Below, piece by piece: positions 7,480 to 8,500 of a stretch of 8,500 nt of DNA. This DNA comes from a virus. Taxonomy: Duplodnaviria; Heunggongvirae; Uroviricota; Caudoviricetes. The DNA lies in the IMG/VR virus record IMGVR_UViG_2534681793_000001. The stretch is one strand, 5' to 3'. The notes below the pieces were generated by a model that did no database searches, was not told the origin of the DNA, and saw only the letters and a program-made list of their open reading frames with translations. Positions within the stretch are counted from its first letter, which is position 1. Each line of letters opens with the position of its first letter. Position numbers and translations under genes: made by a program.

Positions 7480-8490
7480 TGATGGCGCTAAAACTTACCT
7501 GCTGCTTACCAATCAAGGTGATGTTTATGGTGGCTGGAATACATTAAGACCGTTTGCTATTGATAACGCAACCGGCGAACTGGTTATTGGAACCAAACTG
7601 TCCGCAAGTCTGAACGGTAATGCATTAACAGCAACAAAGCTGCAAACGCCAAGACTGGTTTCTGGTGTTGAGTTTGATGGTTCCAAAGATATTACTTTAA
7701 CCGCCGCGCATGTGGCTGCTTTTGCCAGAAGGGCAACGGATACATATGCCGATGCGGATGGTGGCGTTCCATGGAATGCCGAATCAGGCGCTTACAATGT
7801 CACCCGCTCTGGCGACAGCTATATTCTGGTTAACTTCTATACCGGAGTCGGAAGTTGCCGGACCCTGCAGATGAAGGCGCATTACAGAAATGGTGGTCTG
7901 TTCTACCGTTCTTCAAGAGACGGTTATGGTTTTGAGGAAGACTGGGCAGAAGTTTATACCTCGAAAAATCTTCCACCAGAAAGCTACCCAGTCGGCGCAC
8001 CAATCCCGTGGCCATCAGATACCGTTCCGTCTGGTTATGCCCTGATGCAGGGGCAGGCTTTTGACAAATCTGCTTACCCGAAACTTGCAGCCGCTTATCC
8101 GTCAGGCGTGATCCCTGATATGCGTGGCTGGACGATTAAGGGCAAACCTGCCAGTGGTCGGGCCGTATTGTCTCAGGAACAGGACGGCATTAAATCGCAT
8201 ACCCACAGCGCCAGCGCATCCAGTACAGATTTGGGGACGAAAACCACATCGTCGTTTGATTACGGCACTAAATCCACGAATAACACCGGGGCACATACAC
8301 ACAGTGTGAGCGGCTCTACAAACTCGGCTGGAGCACACACACACTCACTAGCCAACGTGAACACGGCTAGTGCTAACTCCGGTGCTGGTAGTGCATCAAC
8401 AAGATTGTCTGTTGTGCATAATCAAAACTATGCAACATCATCTGCTGGCGCACATACCCACTCACTGTCCGGCACTGCTGCAAGCGCAGG
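7448..8490 (+). CDS. stf: Side tail fibre distal part (frame +2 continuation, His-box receptor-binding region), partial; runs past window end
   Basis: Frame +2 is open from 7448 to the window end: …[47 protein letters not shown]…[76 protein letters not shown]…GAHTHS…; the segment from GAPIPWPSD onward is near-identical to the lambda Stf C-terminal region as I recall it. Confidence 0.8.
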
Positions 8491-8500
8491 TGCACACGCG

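Noticed and set aside
7151-8344. Short ORFs in alternate frames or antisense over the distal stf region (7151-7366 +, 7830-8015 -, 8102-8344 -, 8124-8309 +)
   Set aside because: All overlap the continuous, clearly fibre-like frame +1/+2 coding sequence; likely noise.
1-8490. Looked for CRISPR repeats, tRNA/tmRNA genes, integrase or attachment-site repeats, IS elements and toxin-antitoxin or defence-island-like gene pairs
   Set aside because: No regularly spaced direct repeats with spacers, no cloverleaf-compatible conserved tRNA features, no transposase or integrase ORFs and no terminal inverted repeats were found; all sizeable ORFs are accounted for by phage lysis, moron, packaging or tail functions.

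Overview
This window reads as a decayed lambdoid (Rac-like) cryptic prophage segment from an enterobacterial genome, probably E. coli; I do not see a novel defence or other system in it. Left to right on the + strand: an intact Rz/Rz1 spanin pair (126-590, Rz1 embedded in the +1 frame); a strongly AT-rich inserted island carrying a TrkG-type K+ uptake protein (728-2185); a ParB-like nuclease-domain gene with an apparent 1-nt frameshift (2323-2902); then the late-gene module reduced to a chain of fragments. These are the N-terminal ATPase half of a large terminase butted against the C-terminal tail of a tape-measure-like ORF, an intact lambda M-like gene, a lambda L-like gene truncated at about residue 142 and fused to an internal piece of a J-like central fibre protein, which is fused in turn to a side tail fibre (stf) gene lacking its first ~65 codons. 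The stf gene has an expanded Ala/Ser/Thr repeat array, a compositionally distinct central block, a second apparent 1-nt frameshift near 7450, and a His-box distal domain that runs off the window end. All comparisons to lambda/Rac proteins are from memory; no search was run. No tRNA, rRNA, CRISPR array, IS element or integrase is visible. The large minus-strand and alternate-frame ORFs over the GC-rich tail region are judged spurious.
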